A DNA stretch of 64,000 nucleotides from an uncultured Methylomirabilota bacterium (GCA_963705305.1 OY970067.1:2080001-2144000); one strand, 5' to 3'. Shown: positions 1-12,068, numbered from the stretch's first letter. The notes: a model not told the origin generated them from the letters alone. Numbers and translations: made by a program.

Positions 1-832
<832 letters not shown>

Positions 833-900
833 CTACCGGTTGATTGGATCGCCTCCCAGACGGTCCGGTCGGCATCGCTCCCGGGCCGAAAGGTCCCTGC

Positions 901-2199
901 TCAGGCCGGCCACGGGGAGTCCCCCCGGGCCACGGCGGCCTCGAAGATCTCCAAGGCCATCGTACGCTGCGCCCCGGTTCGCAGTTCGTGGAGGAGCAGC
1001 GCGCCCGCCGGCTGATCGCCGGCGCCGAGGATCACGGCCCAGCGGATGGCGGCGGCCCGGGCATACGCCAAAGAGCCCTCCAGGTCGCGCTTGATGATGT
1101 CCCGAGCCACGCGGATGCCATGGCTCCGCAGCAGGCGGGCCAGCCGGTGGGCGACCCGCTTGTCCGGATTGAACTCGATCAGAAGGACATCCGGCCCGGG
1201 AGCCTCCGGCAGGGCCTGGGCCGCCTCCAGGGCGGCCATGACCCGCTCCAGGTCAAAACTGAACCCCGTGGCCGGACAGGGATATCCGAACTGCCCGATG
1301 AGATGATCGTAGCGACCGCCCCCGGACAGCTGGTACCCCAGCCCGCGGGCGAAGGCTCCGAAGACGATCCCCGTGCAGTATTCGAATGCGTGCGCCTCCG
1401 CCAAATCCAGGATCACGTGCTCGGCCAGCCCGTAATTTTCCAGGATGGTCACGACGTCGGCCAGGTTCGACACCGCCGCCCGCGACGCCGGCGGGAGCCG
1501 CAGCCGGGACGCCTCCGCCAGGATCCCGCGGTCGCCATACAGCCGGGGCAGGGTCAGCAGGGCCTCCCTCCAGGCGGGATCTCCAGGGACCTCCTTCAGG
1601 AGGAGCTCCAGCTCCGCAGGGTCCTTGCGACGCACGGCCGAGACGATGCGCGAGCGCAGGGGGGTCGGCGGCTGCAAGGCATCGAGCAGGCCGCGGACCA
1701 CCTCTACCTGCCCCACGTCGATCTGAAAGGCCGTCAGTCCGGCGGCCTGGCAGCCCTCGACCGTCATGGCGATCATCTCGGCGTCCGCTTCGGCATCCTC
1801 CAGCCCGATCAGCTCGACCCCGACCTGGCGGAACTCCCGCTGCCGGCCGGCGCGGGGCTCGTGGTAGCGGAACACGTTCCCGGCGTAGGCGAGACGCAGG
1901 GGCAGGGACGCGCGGCGCAGGGTGGTCGCGACCAGCCGAGCCACCTGCGGGGTCAGATCCACGCGCAGGGCCAGCAGGCGGCCGGTCTGGCGGTCGACGA
2001 ACTTGAAGATCTGATCGTCGGCCTCCTCTCCCGTGGGACGCTCGAACACCTCCAAGTACTCGAACGTGGGGGTCGTGATCTCCCGGAACCCCCAGCGCTC
2101 GAAGACGGAGAGGAGGCGCTGCTCCACCGTGCGCCTCTGCGCGGTCTCAGTGGGGGTGAAGACGCGCACCCCTTTCGGAATGGCTGTGCGAGGGATCAT
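901..2199 (-). CDS. hisZ: ATP phosphoribosyltransferase regulatory subunit (HisRS paralog)
   Basis: HisRS-like fold motifs (TPTFEY, LRVDLTPQVAR, REFRQVGVELIG, GGGRYDHL...PATGF) with HisZ-type QIDVGQV and LPRLYG; adjacent to purA. Confidence 0.88.
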   Translation of the reverse strand: MIPRTAIPKGVRVFTPTETAQRRTVEQRLLSVFERWGFREITTPTFEYLEVFERPTGEEADDQIFKFVDRQTGRLLALRVDLTPQVARLVATTLRRASLPLRLAYAGNVFRYHEPRAGRQREFRQVGVELIGLEDAEADAEMIAMTVEGCQAAGLTAFQIDVGQVEVVRGLLDALQPPTPLRSRIVSAVRRKDPAELELLLKEVPGDPAWREALLTLPRLYGDRGILAEASRLRLPPASRAAVSNLADVVTILENYGLAEHVILDLAEAHAFEYCTGIVFGAFARGLGYQLSGGGRYDHLIGQFGYPCPATGFSFDLERVMAALEAAQALPEAPGPDVLLIEFNPDKRVAHRLARLLRSHGIRVARDIIKRDLEGSLAYARAAAIRWAVILGAGDQPAGALLLHELRTGAQRTMALEIFEAAVARGDSPWPA

Positions 2200-2299
2200 C
2201 GGTCACGACTCGCAGTTTCCGGTTCGAACGTCTTCTGTTCGAGGTTCGCAATCCGGAACATCGAACCTGCAACCTCGAACAGGTCAACCGCTTTTTGCC

Positions 2300-3907
2300 T
2301 TACACCCGGACCAGCTTGGCGTAGACGACGTTGGGCATCCGCCGGATCTCGTTCAAGACCGGCCCGGGGATGGGCTCGTCCACGTTCACCACCGAGACGG
2401 CGCGGCCGCCGCGCTGCTCGCGCCCCAACGCCATCCCGGCGATGTTGACGTTGCTCTGTCCCAAGAGCGTCCCCAGCCGGCCGACCATGCCGGGCACGTC
2501 CAGGTTGGAAAAGATCAGGAGGTAGCCGTCCGGGACCGCCTCCAGGCGGAACCCGTCGATGTCCACGACCCGCGGCGCTTGCCCGTAGAGGGTGCCGGCC
2601 ACCCGGGTTTCCCCCTGGTCCGTGCGCAGGGCGACCGAGATCAGGCTGGCGAAATCCGTCAGCTCGGCGGACTTCGTCTCGACCACCCGGACGCCGCGCG
2701 CTCGGCACACCGCCATAGCATTGACCATGTTCACGTCGTCGTGGATGGGGTCCATGATCCCCTTGACCGTCCCCGCCGTCAACGGGGCGCAGTCCAGCCT
2801 GGCGATGTCCCCGCGAAAGGCCAGCTGCACCTCGGCCAGGCGCCCTTCGGCCAACTGGGACGCCAGGCGCCCCAGCTTTTCGCCCAGGGTGAGGTACGGT
2901 TGAAGCGCGCGCAGCAGCTCCAGCGGGACCGACGGGGCGTTGACCGCGTTCCGGATGATGCCCCGCTGCAGGTAATCCACGATCTGCTGGGCCACCTCCA
3001 CCGCCACCGCCTCCTGGGCCTCTTCGCTGGCCGCGCCGAGGTGCGGGGTCGAGATGAAGTTGGGAAGGGCGAACAGGGGACTGTCCGTGACGGGTTCTTC
3101 GGCAAACACGTCCAGAGCGGCCCCGGCCACCTTGCCCCTCGTAAGGGCGTCGTGCAGGTCCGCCTCGTTGACGATGCCGCCCCGGGCGCAGTTCACGATT
3201 CGGACGCCGTCCTTCATCCGGGCGATGCTCGCGGCGCAGATGAGGTTTGCGGTCTCCGGCGTCCGGGGAATGTGGAGGGTGATGAAATCCGCCTGGCGAT
3301 ACAGGTCGGGCAGCTCGGCCAGCTCCACGCCGAGGGCCTGGGCCCGCTCGGCGCTGATGAAGGGATCGAAGACCAGCAGCCGCACATTGAATCCCTTGGC
3401 CCGTTTGGCCACCTCGCTGCCGATCCGCCCCAACCCGATGATGCCCAGGGTCTTGCCCGACAGCTCGGTGCTGACGAACTTCTCCTTCTCCCACTTCCCG
3501 GCCTTCATGGAGGCGGCGGCCTGGGGGATGCGCTTGGCCAGGCTGAGGAGCATGGCCAGCGTGTGCTCGGCGGCGCTGATGGCGTTGCCACCCGGCGTGT
3601 TCATCACCACCACGCCCCGGGTCGTGGCGGCCTCGAGGTCGACGTTGTCCACGCCGACGCCGGCTCGGCCCACCGCCTTGAGCCGCGGCGCGCCCGCCAG
3701 GACGTCCGCGGTGACCCGCGTGGCGCTGCGCACGATGAGGGCGTCCGCGGCCTGGAGGCGCTCCTTGAGGGCCTCGGGCGACATGGAGTTCCGGACATCC
3801 ACCTCGATGCCCGGACTTCCCAGGAGCAGGTCCACCCCCTTCGGCGACAGGTTGTCGGTCACCAGGACCCGTGCGCGCGAGATAGGCAACTCGAACTGAC
3901 CGGTCAT
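2300..3907 (-). CDS. serA: D-3-phosphoglycerate dehydrogenase
   Basis: RAGVGVDNVD, GKTLGIIGLGRIG, NCARGG, TPHLGAAS and a C-terminal ACT domain (DVPGMVGRLG). Confidence 0.96.
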   Translation of the reverse strand: MTGQFELPISRARVLVTDNLSPKGVDLLLGSPGIEVDVRNSMSPEALKERLQAADALIVRSATRVTADVLAGAPRLKAVGRAGVGVDNVDLEAATTRGVVVMNTPGGNAISAAEHTLAMLLSLAKRIPQAAASMKAGKWEKEKFVSTELSGKTLGIIGLGRIGSEVAKRAKGFNVRLLVFDPFISAERAQALGVELAELPDLYRQADFITLHIPRTPETANLICAASIARMKDGVRIVNCARGGIVNEADLHDALTRGKVAGAALDVFAEEPVTDSPLFALPNFISTPHLGAASEEAQEAVAVEVAQQIVDYLQRGIIRNAVNAPSVPLELLRALQPYLTLGEKLGRLASQLAEGRLAEVQLAFRGDIARLDCAPLTAGTVKGIMDPIHDDVNMVNAMAVCRARGVRVVETKSAELTDFASLISVALRTDQGETRVAGTLYGQAPRVVDIDGFRLEAVPDGYLLIFSNLDVPGMVGRLGTLLGQSNVNIAGMALGREQRGGRAVSVVNVDEPIPGPVLNEIRRMPNVVYAKLVRV

Positions 3908-3938
3908 GCGTCCCCCCGTGCGACGGACCATCGCGGCC

Positions 3939-5066
3939 CTACGCCCGCAAGACCTCTTCGGCGGCCGCCACACCCCGGCCCAAGGTCAGGGGATGCCCCA
4001 GGCCGGCCAGGACCATCTCCAGCGCCCCCAGGACGGTCAGGATGTCGAAGCCGTCCACATAGCCCATGTGCGCGATCCGAAAGATCTTTCCCTTCATGCT
4101 CCCCTGCCCGCCGGCGATGGTGATTCCCCGGGCGCGCAGGCCTTTGACTATGGTCCCCCCGTCGACCGTGGCCGGGGCCTTGGCGGCGGTGCAGGCGTTC
4201 CCCGGATGCTCGGCGAACAGCTCCAGCCCCAGCGCCTGGATGCCCGCCCGGGTGGCGCGGGCCAGCCGCTCGTGCCGGGCAAAGACATTGGACAGTCCCT
4301 CCGCCAGGATGAGCCGCAGGGACTCCCGCAGCCCCACGACCAGGGACACCGCGGGCGTATAGGCGCTCTGGTTAGCCTGGATGGCCTTCCGCTCGGCCGC
4401 GAAATCGAAATAGTACCTGGGAAGCCGGGCTCGGGGAGCCAGCGCCCAGGCCTTGTCGGAGACGGCGGCGAAGGCCAGACCGGGGGGCAGCATCAGCGCT
4501 TTCTGGGATCCGGCCACGACGGTGTCCACCCCCCAGGCGTCCATGGGCAGGTCCATGACCCCCAGGCTGGTGATGGCATCCACCACCAGGATGGCCTTGG
4601 TCTGGCGGACGACGGCGGCGATGGCCTGGATGTCGTGCATCGCCCCGGTGGAGGTCTCGCTATGGGTGGCGAGGACGGCCTTGGCGTCCGGCTCGCGATG
4701 CAGGGCGGCGGCAATCGCGGCGGGGTCCACGCTCTGCCCGTAGGGCACGTCCACCGGGTGGACGCGCACCCCGTAGGCCTCGCAGATCTCGGCCCAGCGC
4801 TCCCCGAACTTCCCCCCGCGCACGACCACCACGAGGTCGCCCGGGGACAGCGTGTTCACCACCGCGCCTTCCATGGCCCCGGTCCCCGAGGCGGCGAACA
4901 TCAGGACCTCGTTCTGGCACTGGAAGAGTAGGCGCAGGTCCCGGCGCACGTCGGCGAACAGGGCCTCGTACTCCGGCGTCCGATGATGGATGATGGGCTG
5001 GGCCATGGCCTGGAGAATCTGAGGGGGGATCGGGGTGGGACCCGGCGCGAGCAGGTAGTGCTTCAT
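3939..5066 (-). CDS. Class V PLP aminotransferase (serine-pyruvate/alanine-glyoxylate family)
   Basis: LLAPGPTP, SGTGAME, HSETSTG, VVDAITSLG, GSQKALMLPPG (PLP lysine), FRIAHMG. Confidence 0.93.
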   Translation of the reverse strand: MKHYLLAPGPTPIPPQILQAMAQPIIHHRTPEYEALFADVRRDLRLLFQCQNEVLMFAASGTGAMEGAVVNTLSPGDLVVVVRGGKFGERWAEICEAYGVRVHPVDVPYGQSVDPAAIAAALHREPDAKAVLATHSETSTGAMHDIQAIAAVVRQTKAILVVDAITSLGVMDLPMDAWGVDTVVAGSQKALMLPPGLAFAAVSDKAWALAPRARLPRYYFDFAAERKAIQANQSAYTPAVSLVVGLRESLRLILAEGLSNVFARHERLARATRAGIQALGLELFAEHPGNACTAAKAPATVDGGTIVKGLRARGITIAGGQGSMKGKIFRIAHMGYVDGFDILTVLGALEMVLAGLGHPLTLGRGVAAAEEVLRA

Positions 5067-5363
5067 CAGGCGAATCCTCTTACGGGAATGGCGACGGAAA
5101 GACCCCGGATCGTGCGGCGTGGCCGGCGGCCTGGACACGGGGCGCACCGGGATGGCGCTGCTGCAAGGCAGGCGACATTCCTTGGGGACTATACTCAAGC
5201 GCCGCAAGATGTGTCAAGGCGATTCCCGGCCGGGCGCGCCCGGCCGAAGGGTGCTCGAGCCCTTGAGGAAGGCGGGTGCCTATGCTAGGGTGCACCAGCC
5301 GGCAGGGGCAGCCGGGAGATCCGGCGGGCAGCCATCCGGGGCGGTTGGCCGGAAGGGACGAGC

Positions 5364-6242
5364 GTGACCGAAAAGAAGTGGCGCGGGTATGCGATGGTTG
5401 TCGGGGCCACCATCTGCTGGGGGACCATGGCCACGGTGGCGAAACTTCTATTCCGCGACCGCGGCGTGGATCCGCTGGTCCTGGTGGTGGTCCGATCATA
5501 CCTGGCTGCCCTCATCCTGCTCTTGGGCTTGGCTGCCGTGAACATCGGACAGCTGCGGGTCGGCCGGCGGCAGCTCTGGGCGGCGGGGATCGTGGGCGTG
5601 GGCGGCCTCATGACCAACAACTTTCTCTACTTCGAGGCCATCCATCTGACCAATGTGGCGACGGCCCTGCTGCTCCAGTACCAGGCCCCCGTCCTGGTTG
5701 CGCTCTACTCGCTGCTGGTCGACCGGCAGCGGCTTTCCGGCCGGCTGGTCATGAGCCTGGGGCTGGCGGTGGGAGGATCCGTGCTGGTAGTGCGGGCCTA
5801 CGACCCGGCGGTGCTTCGCACCGACTTCCTGGGCGTCGCCGCGGGCCTGGGCACGGCGTTCGCCTTCGCCTTTTACATCCTGACCAGCCGGGCCGCCCTT
5901 CGAACGCTCCCCCCCTGGACGCTCCTCGCCTATGCCTACCTGTGGGCCAGCGCCGTCTGGATGCCGATCCTGCCTCCCTGGCGGCTCGCCAGCCTCCTCT
6001 ACGGGGCCGGGACCTGGGCGGCGTTCCTGGCCATCGCCAGCATCGGGACCGTGATTCCCTTCGGCCTCTTCATCAGCAGTCTGCGCATCCTCGCCGCCAC
6101 GCAGGCGAGCATCGTCAGCGTCCTGGAGCCCGTGGTGGCGGCCTCCGCCGCCTTCCTGCTGCTGGGAGAGACCCTGCTCCCGCTCCAGATCCTGGGCGGG
6201 GGGATGGTCCTCGCTGGCGTGATCATGGTGCAAACCACGTAG
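5364..6242 (+). CDS. EamA/DMT family transporter
   Basis: About 10 hydrophobic segments in two EamA repeats (ATICWG; LLQYQAPVLV; LEPVVAA). Confidence 0.9.
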   Translation: MTEKKWRGYAMVVGATICWGTMATVAKLLFRDRGVDPLVLVVVRSYLAALILLLGLAAVNIGQLRVGRRQLWAAGIVGVGGLMTNNFLYFEAIHLTNVATALLLQYQAPVLVALYSLLVDRQRLSGRLVMSLGLAVGGSVLVVRAYDPAVLRTDFLGVAAGLGTAFAFAFYILTSRAALRTLPPWTLLAYAYLWASAVWMPILPPWRLASLLYGAGTWAAFLAIASIGTVIPFGLFISSLRILAATQASIVSVLEPVVAASAAFLLLGETLLPLQILGGGMVLAGVIMVQTT

Positions 6243-7123
6243 GATACCCCCCCGGGCAGCTCGGCGCCGACGAGAATCAACTGACTGGGAGGCGCGGCGA
6301 TTACCGCTTGACGCTCGAGCGCTGAGTGTGCTTAATTGAAGAGCAGGCGGGATATCACGCACGAGAGACCCGCAGCCGCTGCATGCCCGCAACGCACGGG
6401 TCGAGGCGATGGACGCCCTGATTCTTTCTCTGGATGGATGGGCGGTGTTTTTGTTCGTGATGTCCGTCTTCCGGATTCCTCCTCCACGGTTCGCGATTGC
6501 CGGTAACCAGATTGACCACGCCCCTGCGAGTCGGGCGAGGCGATCGAGAGAAAGCACGACCTGCCTGCGGTGCCGGCCGGCTCATGGGGCACCGCACTGA
6601 CCGCATTCATACGTCTCCGCTCGGATCGTATCGGAAACGGGATGGGAGTTTACCGCCCAATGGCGGGACGCAGCGTCATTGGATAGACCGCGGCATTCAC
6701 TGCCTGATGTTGCGGCATGACCGCGGCGGGCGACTTCGGTCAAGCCATCTCGCCGCCGGGGTGATCCTCCATTCCCGGGTGGGCGCTGCACCGTGATCGA
6801 CGCGCCCTCTGCCTCCGGCAGAGGGTAACCGCACCCCGCCTCGGGCGGGACAGCCGCCGGATACCGGCGGATCGGGAAGGGGGGTGATAGATCGCAAGAG
6901 CCTGCCGGACCCGTGAGGCCGCGGAGCCTCCCGGTCTTTTCGGGGGCCCCTCCGGTGCAGGCGGCCCGGCATTCCCTCCACGAGGACTCCTCGGCGGCTG
7001 CCGTCTCGGGATCGATCGCGGCGGGCTCCGCAGGCCTTCCGGGGAATCCATCTGCGAGTGATGCGTGTTGTAACTGGGCGGCCGGGCTTCCTGGCCGCCA
7101 GGAGCGTACAAGGAGGCGCGGAA

Positions 7124-8422
7124 ATGAAGGACCACGGACCCACAAGCTCGCCGCGTCCGCGGCACGGCTCCCTGCGGTGGCTCGGCCTGGCCGGCGGTGC
7201 CATCGTCCTCGGGGTAGCCCTCGTCTTGCTCAGCGGCCTCGGCGGATGGGCGGCTGCCCGCGCGGCCGAGCCCATCAAGATCGGGATCCTGCTGCCCAAG
7301 TCCGGGACCTATTCCGTGCAGGGCATGTACGGGTACAACGGCGCCACGATCGCCGTGGACGACTTCGGCGGGAAGGTGCTGGGCCGGCCGATCCAGCTGC
7401 TCTGGGAGGACGAGTCGAATCCCCAGCAGTCGGTGCAGCGGATGCGCAAGTTCATTGAAGAGGACAAGGTCGTAGCGGTGCAGGGCGGGGTGAGCAGCGG
7501 CAACGTGCTGGCCATGATGCCCATCGCCCAGCAGGAGAAGGTCCTGCTGATGGCCTCGGATCCGAACGCGACGGAGATCACCGGGAAGAACTGCAACCGG
7601 TACACGTTCCGGGTGGATCTGCCGAACCATGTCACGGTGCAAACGGTGCTGCCGTCGCTCTGGCAAAACGGGAAGAACAAGCGCTGGTACTTCCTCTCGG
7701 CGTCGTACGCCTGGGGCATCGACGCGTACCAGCAGATGAAGGCCCTCCTCCAGAAGGAGCATCCCGACGCGGTGATCGTCGGGGAGGACCAGGCGCCCCT
7801 GGGCACGACGGACTTCAGCTCCTATCTGCTGAAGATGCGGGCGGAGAAGCCGCAGGTGGCGTTCCTGGGCGAGGGGGGCACGGACCTCACGGCCTTCCTG
7901 AAGCAGATGCACAACATGGGCATGACCCAGAGCGTTGTCGTGTCCTCGCCCATCGTGAACGACTCCGACTTCTGGGCGGCAGGACCGGAAGCCTCTACCG
8001 GGATCTACCCGAAGCTCTGGAACTACGACAGCCCGTATAACACCACCAGCAGCAAGGAGTTCGTCAAGCGGTACGAGGCCAAGTTCAAGGGGGCTCCCGA
8101 AGTCAACAGCTGGGGGGATTGGTTTGCCATGACGTCCATCCTGATGGCCATCCGGGAGACCCGCTCCACCGACTCGGCGAAGCTGGTCGAGTTCCTCGAG
8201 AATCACAAGTTCACCGGCTACAAGGACATGCCCATCTACTACCGCTCCTGGGACCACCAGCTCATCCAACCCACGTACGTGGCAGACGTGAGGAATCCCA
8301 TCACCACCAAGTACGACTACTTCAAGATCACTGCGCAAGAGCCCAAGGGTGGCGAGGCAGCGCTGAACGAATTCTACGGAACGCAGCAAGAGAGCGAGTG
8401 CCATATGGGGCCGCTCAACTAG
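7124..8422 (+). CDS. Branched-chain amino acid (Liv-type) ABC transporter substrate-binding protein
   Basis: AGGAGG RBS, signal peptide, IKIGILLPKSG, GGKVLGRPIQL, APLGTTDFSSYL. Confidence 0.92.
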   Translation: MKDHGPTSSPRPRHGSLRWLGLAGGAIVLGVALVLLSGLGGWAAARAAEPIKIGILLPKSGTYSVQGMYGYNGATIAVDDFGGKVLGRPIQLLWEDESNPQQSVQRMRKFIEEDKVVAVQGGVSSGNVLAMMPIAQQEKVLLMASDPNATEITGKNCNRYTFRVDLPNHVTVQTVLPSLWQNGKNKRWYFLSASYAWGIDAYQQMKALLQKEHPDAVIVGEDQAPLGTTDFSSYLLKMRAEKPQVAFLGEGGTDLTAFLKQMHNMGMTQSVVVSSPIVNDSDFWAAGPEASTGIYPKLWNYDSPYNTTSSKEFVKRYEAKFKGAPEVNSWGDWFAMTSILMAIRETRSTDSAKLVEFLENHKFTGYKDMPIYYRSWDHQLIQPTYVADVRNPITTKYDYFKITAQEPKGGEAALNEFYGTQQESECHMGPLN

Positions 8423-8528
8423 CCTCTCTTGTGTATTGAAGCTTGCGCGGCAGGCGGATGGGCGGCGCCGGGGGATGGACTTGTCCCCCGGCGCCGCTTT
8501 GGCACACAGACGGAAGGGGGGCATGGGC

Positions 8529-9401
8529 ATGCTCGACCTCGTCATCGCCCAGGTGATCAACGGCTTGGTGCTCGGGTTCCTGTACGTCCTGATCGCCGTG
8601 GGATTGTCCGTCATCTTCGGCATGATCGGCATCGTGAACTTCGCCCACGGGGTGTTTTTCGCGCTGGGTGCCTACTTCGCGCTGACGGTGCGGCCGTTTG
8701 TGGGGAATGCGGGGGTCCTTATCGTCGCGCCCCTCCTCGTAGGGGTGGTGGGCATGCTCGTCGAGGCGACCCTGTTGCGGCCCCTCTACGGCGAGGACCC
8801 GCTACTGGGACTCCTCCTCACCTTCGGCTTGGCCTTATTTGTGGAGGAGTTGATCCGGACGGTGTGGGGCACGCTGGGGTTTCCGTTCAACCCCCCTGCT
8901 TTTCTGGAGGGGTTCCTCGCCTATGGCCCGATCTTCATCACCAAATATCGACTGGCGGTCCTGATTATCACCGTGCTCATCCTTGCGGGTCTTTGGCTCT
9001 TCCTGGAGAAGACGCCATGGGGTCGCATCATCCGGGCGGGGAGCCGGGACGCCGAGATGGTCAGCATGCTCGGCATCAACCTCCGGACGGTCTTCACGGC
9101 TGCCTTCGGGTTCGGGACGGCCCTGGCCGGCGTCGCCGGGGTCCTGGCGGCCCCGCTGTGGACCGTCCAGCCATCCATGGCGGAGCTGGCCATCATGCCG
9201 GCGTTCGTGGTGGTGACGATCGGCGGCCTGGGCAGCTTCCTGGGGTCCGTCATCGCCGGACTGCTGGTCGGGGTGAGTGTCGCCCTATCCATCCAGTTCT
9301 GGCCGCAGGCATCCAGCGCCGTCATGTACGTGTTGATGGCCTTGGTCCTCCTGGTGCGGCCGCGGGGTCTACTCGGCGAGCGGTGGGAGCGATTCGAATG
9401 A
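8529..9401 (+). CDS. Liv-type ABC transporter permease (LivH-like)
   Basis: GLSVIFGMIGIVNFAHG, GGLGSFLGS, LLVRPRGLLG. Confidence 0.93.
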   Translation: MLDLVIAQVINGLVLGFLYVLIAVGLSVIFGMIGIVNFAHGVFFALGAYFALTVRPFVGNAGVLIVAPLLVGVVGMLVEATLLRPLYGEDPLLGLLLTFGLALFVEELIRTVWGTLGFPFNPPAFLEGFLAYGPIFITKYRLAVLIITVLILAGLWLFLEKTPWGRIIRAGSRDAEMVSMLGINLRTVFTAAFGFGTALAGVAGVLAAPLWTVQPSMAELAIMPAFVVVTIGGLGSFLGSVIAGLLVGVSVALSIQFWPQASSAVMYVLMALVLLVRPRGLLGERWERFE

Positions 9402-11897
9402 GCCAGCTCAGGCGCACCCTCAACCATCCGATTGTGGTCCTCGCCGTCGTCTTTGCGCTCCTCCCGTTCGTGCTCCCGAGGATCGGCTCCACGGTCAGCC
9501 TGGGCACGGGAGATCGTGCTCTACACGCTGTACGGCATCGGCTACAACCTGCTGCTGGGATATACCGGCCTGGTGTCGTTCGGCCCCTCGGCCTATTTCG
9601 GCGTGGCCGCATACGGGGCCGGGCTGGCCCAGATCCACCTCTCCTCCAACGTGTATCTCGCGGTCATCCTGGGGACGGCCGTCGCAGCCGTCACCGGGGT
9701 CCTCCTGGGCCTGCTGATCCTGCGGCGCCGGGGCCTCTACTTCTCCCTCTTGACCCTGGCGTTCACCCAGCTGTTCTACGAGATTGCGTTTCAGTGGACC
9801 AGTGTGACCGGGGGCGAGAACGGGCTGCAAGGGATCACGCGGCCCAGCCTGGACAACCGCCTGCTGTTCCACGCGTTCTGCTCGATCATCGTCCTCGGCG
9901 CGGTCTACCTGCTGTGGCGAATCGTTCACTCGCCCTTCGGCCGCGTCCTGGAGGCCATCCGGGACAACGAGCAGCGCACCCGCTGCCTGGGGTACAACAC
10001 CGGCCGATACAAGCTGGTGGCCTTCGTCCTCTCGTCCACCTTCATGGGCCTGGCCGGCAGCCTCCTCACCTTTCTGATCCAGGGGGTCTATGCCGATATC
10101 ATGAGCTGGCAGCATGCCGGCGACCCGGTGATGATGACGATTCTCGGCGGGATGCACCATTTCCTGGGGCCGATGTGGGGCAGCGCCGTCTTCGTGATCC
10201 TGCGGGACCAGTTGAGCTCGTACACCGAGCACTGGTGGCTGTTCTTCGGGGCCATTCTCATCGGCTTCATCCTGCTGTCGCCCGAAGGGTTGTCGGGCAT
10301 CTACGCGCGGCTCCGCCGGGGCTCCCGGTGGGGGCTCACCCGCACGGTCATCCCGCCGCGCCCGGCGGCGGTGGGCGTGCCCGGCAACGGCCGCACGGTG
10401 GCCGGCGGCGACGGCCCCATCCTGTCCGTCCATTCGCTGTCCAAGCGGTTCGGCAATCTGGTGGTGGCCGACGCCGTCAATCTGGAGCTTCGCCAGGGCG
10501 AGCTGCACAGCCTGATCGGACCGAACGGCGCGGGCAAGACGACGCTCTTCAACATGCTGACAGGACTCGTGCCCAGCGACGGGGGCGAGGTGCGCTTCAA
10601 GGGGCGCAGTCTCAACTCCATGACGCCGGACAAGCGAATCAACGCCGGGCTGGGCCGCTCCTTCCAGATCCTCAGCATGTTCAAGAATCTGACCGTCTTC
10701 GAAAACGTGCGGGTGGCCGTGCAGGCGCGCTCGCCGCACCGCTTCTCGCTGTGGCGGGACGCCTACGCCATCCCCGACATCATCGAGCGCACGTGGGCGA
10801 TCCTCGATTCCGTCGGTTTGGGGGACCGGGTCAAGGAGACCGCCAACGACCTCCCGCACGGGGAGCAGCGCCTGCTGGAGATCGCGATCACCCTGGCCAC
10901 CGAGCCGGAGGTCCTGCTCTTGGACGAGCCCCTGGCCGGCCTGGCCAGCGACGATCGGGAGCGGATCGCCGCCCTGATTCGGCGGCTGGCCGGCCAGCAC
11001 AGCATCCTCCTGATCGAGCACGACATCGACCGGGTCATCGCGCTCTCCGATCAGATCACGGTCCTGCACCAGGGGCAGATCATCGCGGAGGGGGAGCCCC
11101 AGGCGGTCGTCAATCACCCGCAGGTGGTCACAGCCTATCTTGGGCGGCGTGAGGAGGCCCACCCCGCGGTGACCGTCGGCGTCCGCACCGCCCGGCCGGG
11201 GGCTGCGGAGGCGATTCTCACCCTGCAAAACGTCACCTCCGGCTACGGGGGAAGCCGCGTCCTGCACAATGTGAACCTGGAAGTGGGCAAGGGCGAGCTT
11301 GTGGCCCTGCTCGGACGAAACGGCGTCGGCAAGACCACCACCCTGCGGACCATCATCGGCGCGGTCAAGCCCATGGCCGGGACCATCAAGCTCCACGGCC
11401 AGCGGATCGGGGGGCGGCCGCCCCATCGGATCAACCACGCGGGGATTTCCATCGTTCCCGAAGGGCGCCGCATCTTTCCCAATCTCACGGTCCTGGACAA
11501 CCTGCAGCTGGCCCAGCGTCCGGGGGGATGGAGCGTGGAGGAGGCCTTCGCCCTTTTCCCCGCGCTCCGCGGGATCCAAGCGTCCAAGGGGGAAAGCCTG
11601 AGCGGGGGCGAGCTGCAGATGCTGGCCATCGCCCGGGCCCTGATGGCGCCGACCGACCTCCTGCTCTTGGACGAGCCGCTGGAAGGTCTGGCGCCCGCGA
11701 TCGTGAACGAGGTCCTGACGGCCATCGGGAAGCTGCAGGGGCACGCCAGCATCCTCATCGTGGAGCAGAAGGTCGACCTCATTCTCCAGATGGCCGACCG
11801 CGCCTATGTGATGGTCAACGGCGAAATCGCCTACGCAGGCGATGCGGAGACATTGCGACACGACGAAAGCCTGAAAGTACGCCTCCTGGGCGTGTGA
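9398..11897 (+). pseudogene. LivM-LivG-LivF fused permease/double ATPase with an apparent +1 frameshift near 9508-9510 (true pseudogene or sequencing error)
   Basis: ATG overlaps the livH stop (ATGA). The frame reads MSQLRR...STVSLGT and continues as EIVLYTLYGIGYNLLLGYTG only if one G of GGG (9508-9510) is removed. Two Walker A motifs follow (GPNGAGKTT, GRNGVGKTT). Confidence 0.85.
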
Positions 11898-12068
11898 GAG
11901 GAAGGGGGCGTGGCACGGCCCCCTTCATCCGCTCCAGGGCTTCGGACCCGGGCCAACCCTCGGAGACCAATTCGGCTGGCGCCGCGACGGGTGTCGGCCC
12001 CCGGGGGGTCGTGGCGGCAACGGCCGGAATTCCCGGCGATTACCGGCGCCTCGACGCCGCCGCGTCGG

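Noticed and set aside
6890..7095. c-di-GMP-I riboswitch call
   Set aside because: Only partial motif resemblance; the GGCAAA/GNRA P2 elements are not clearly present, so it was not listed as a feature.
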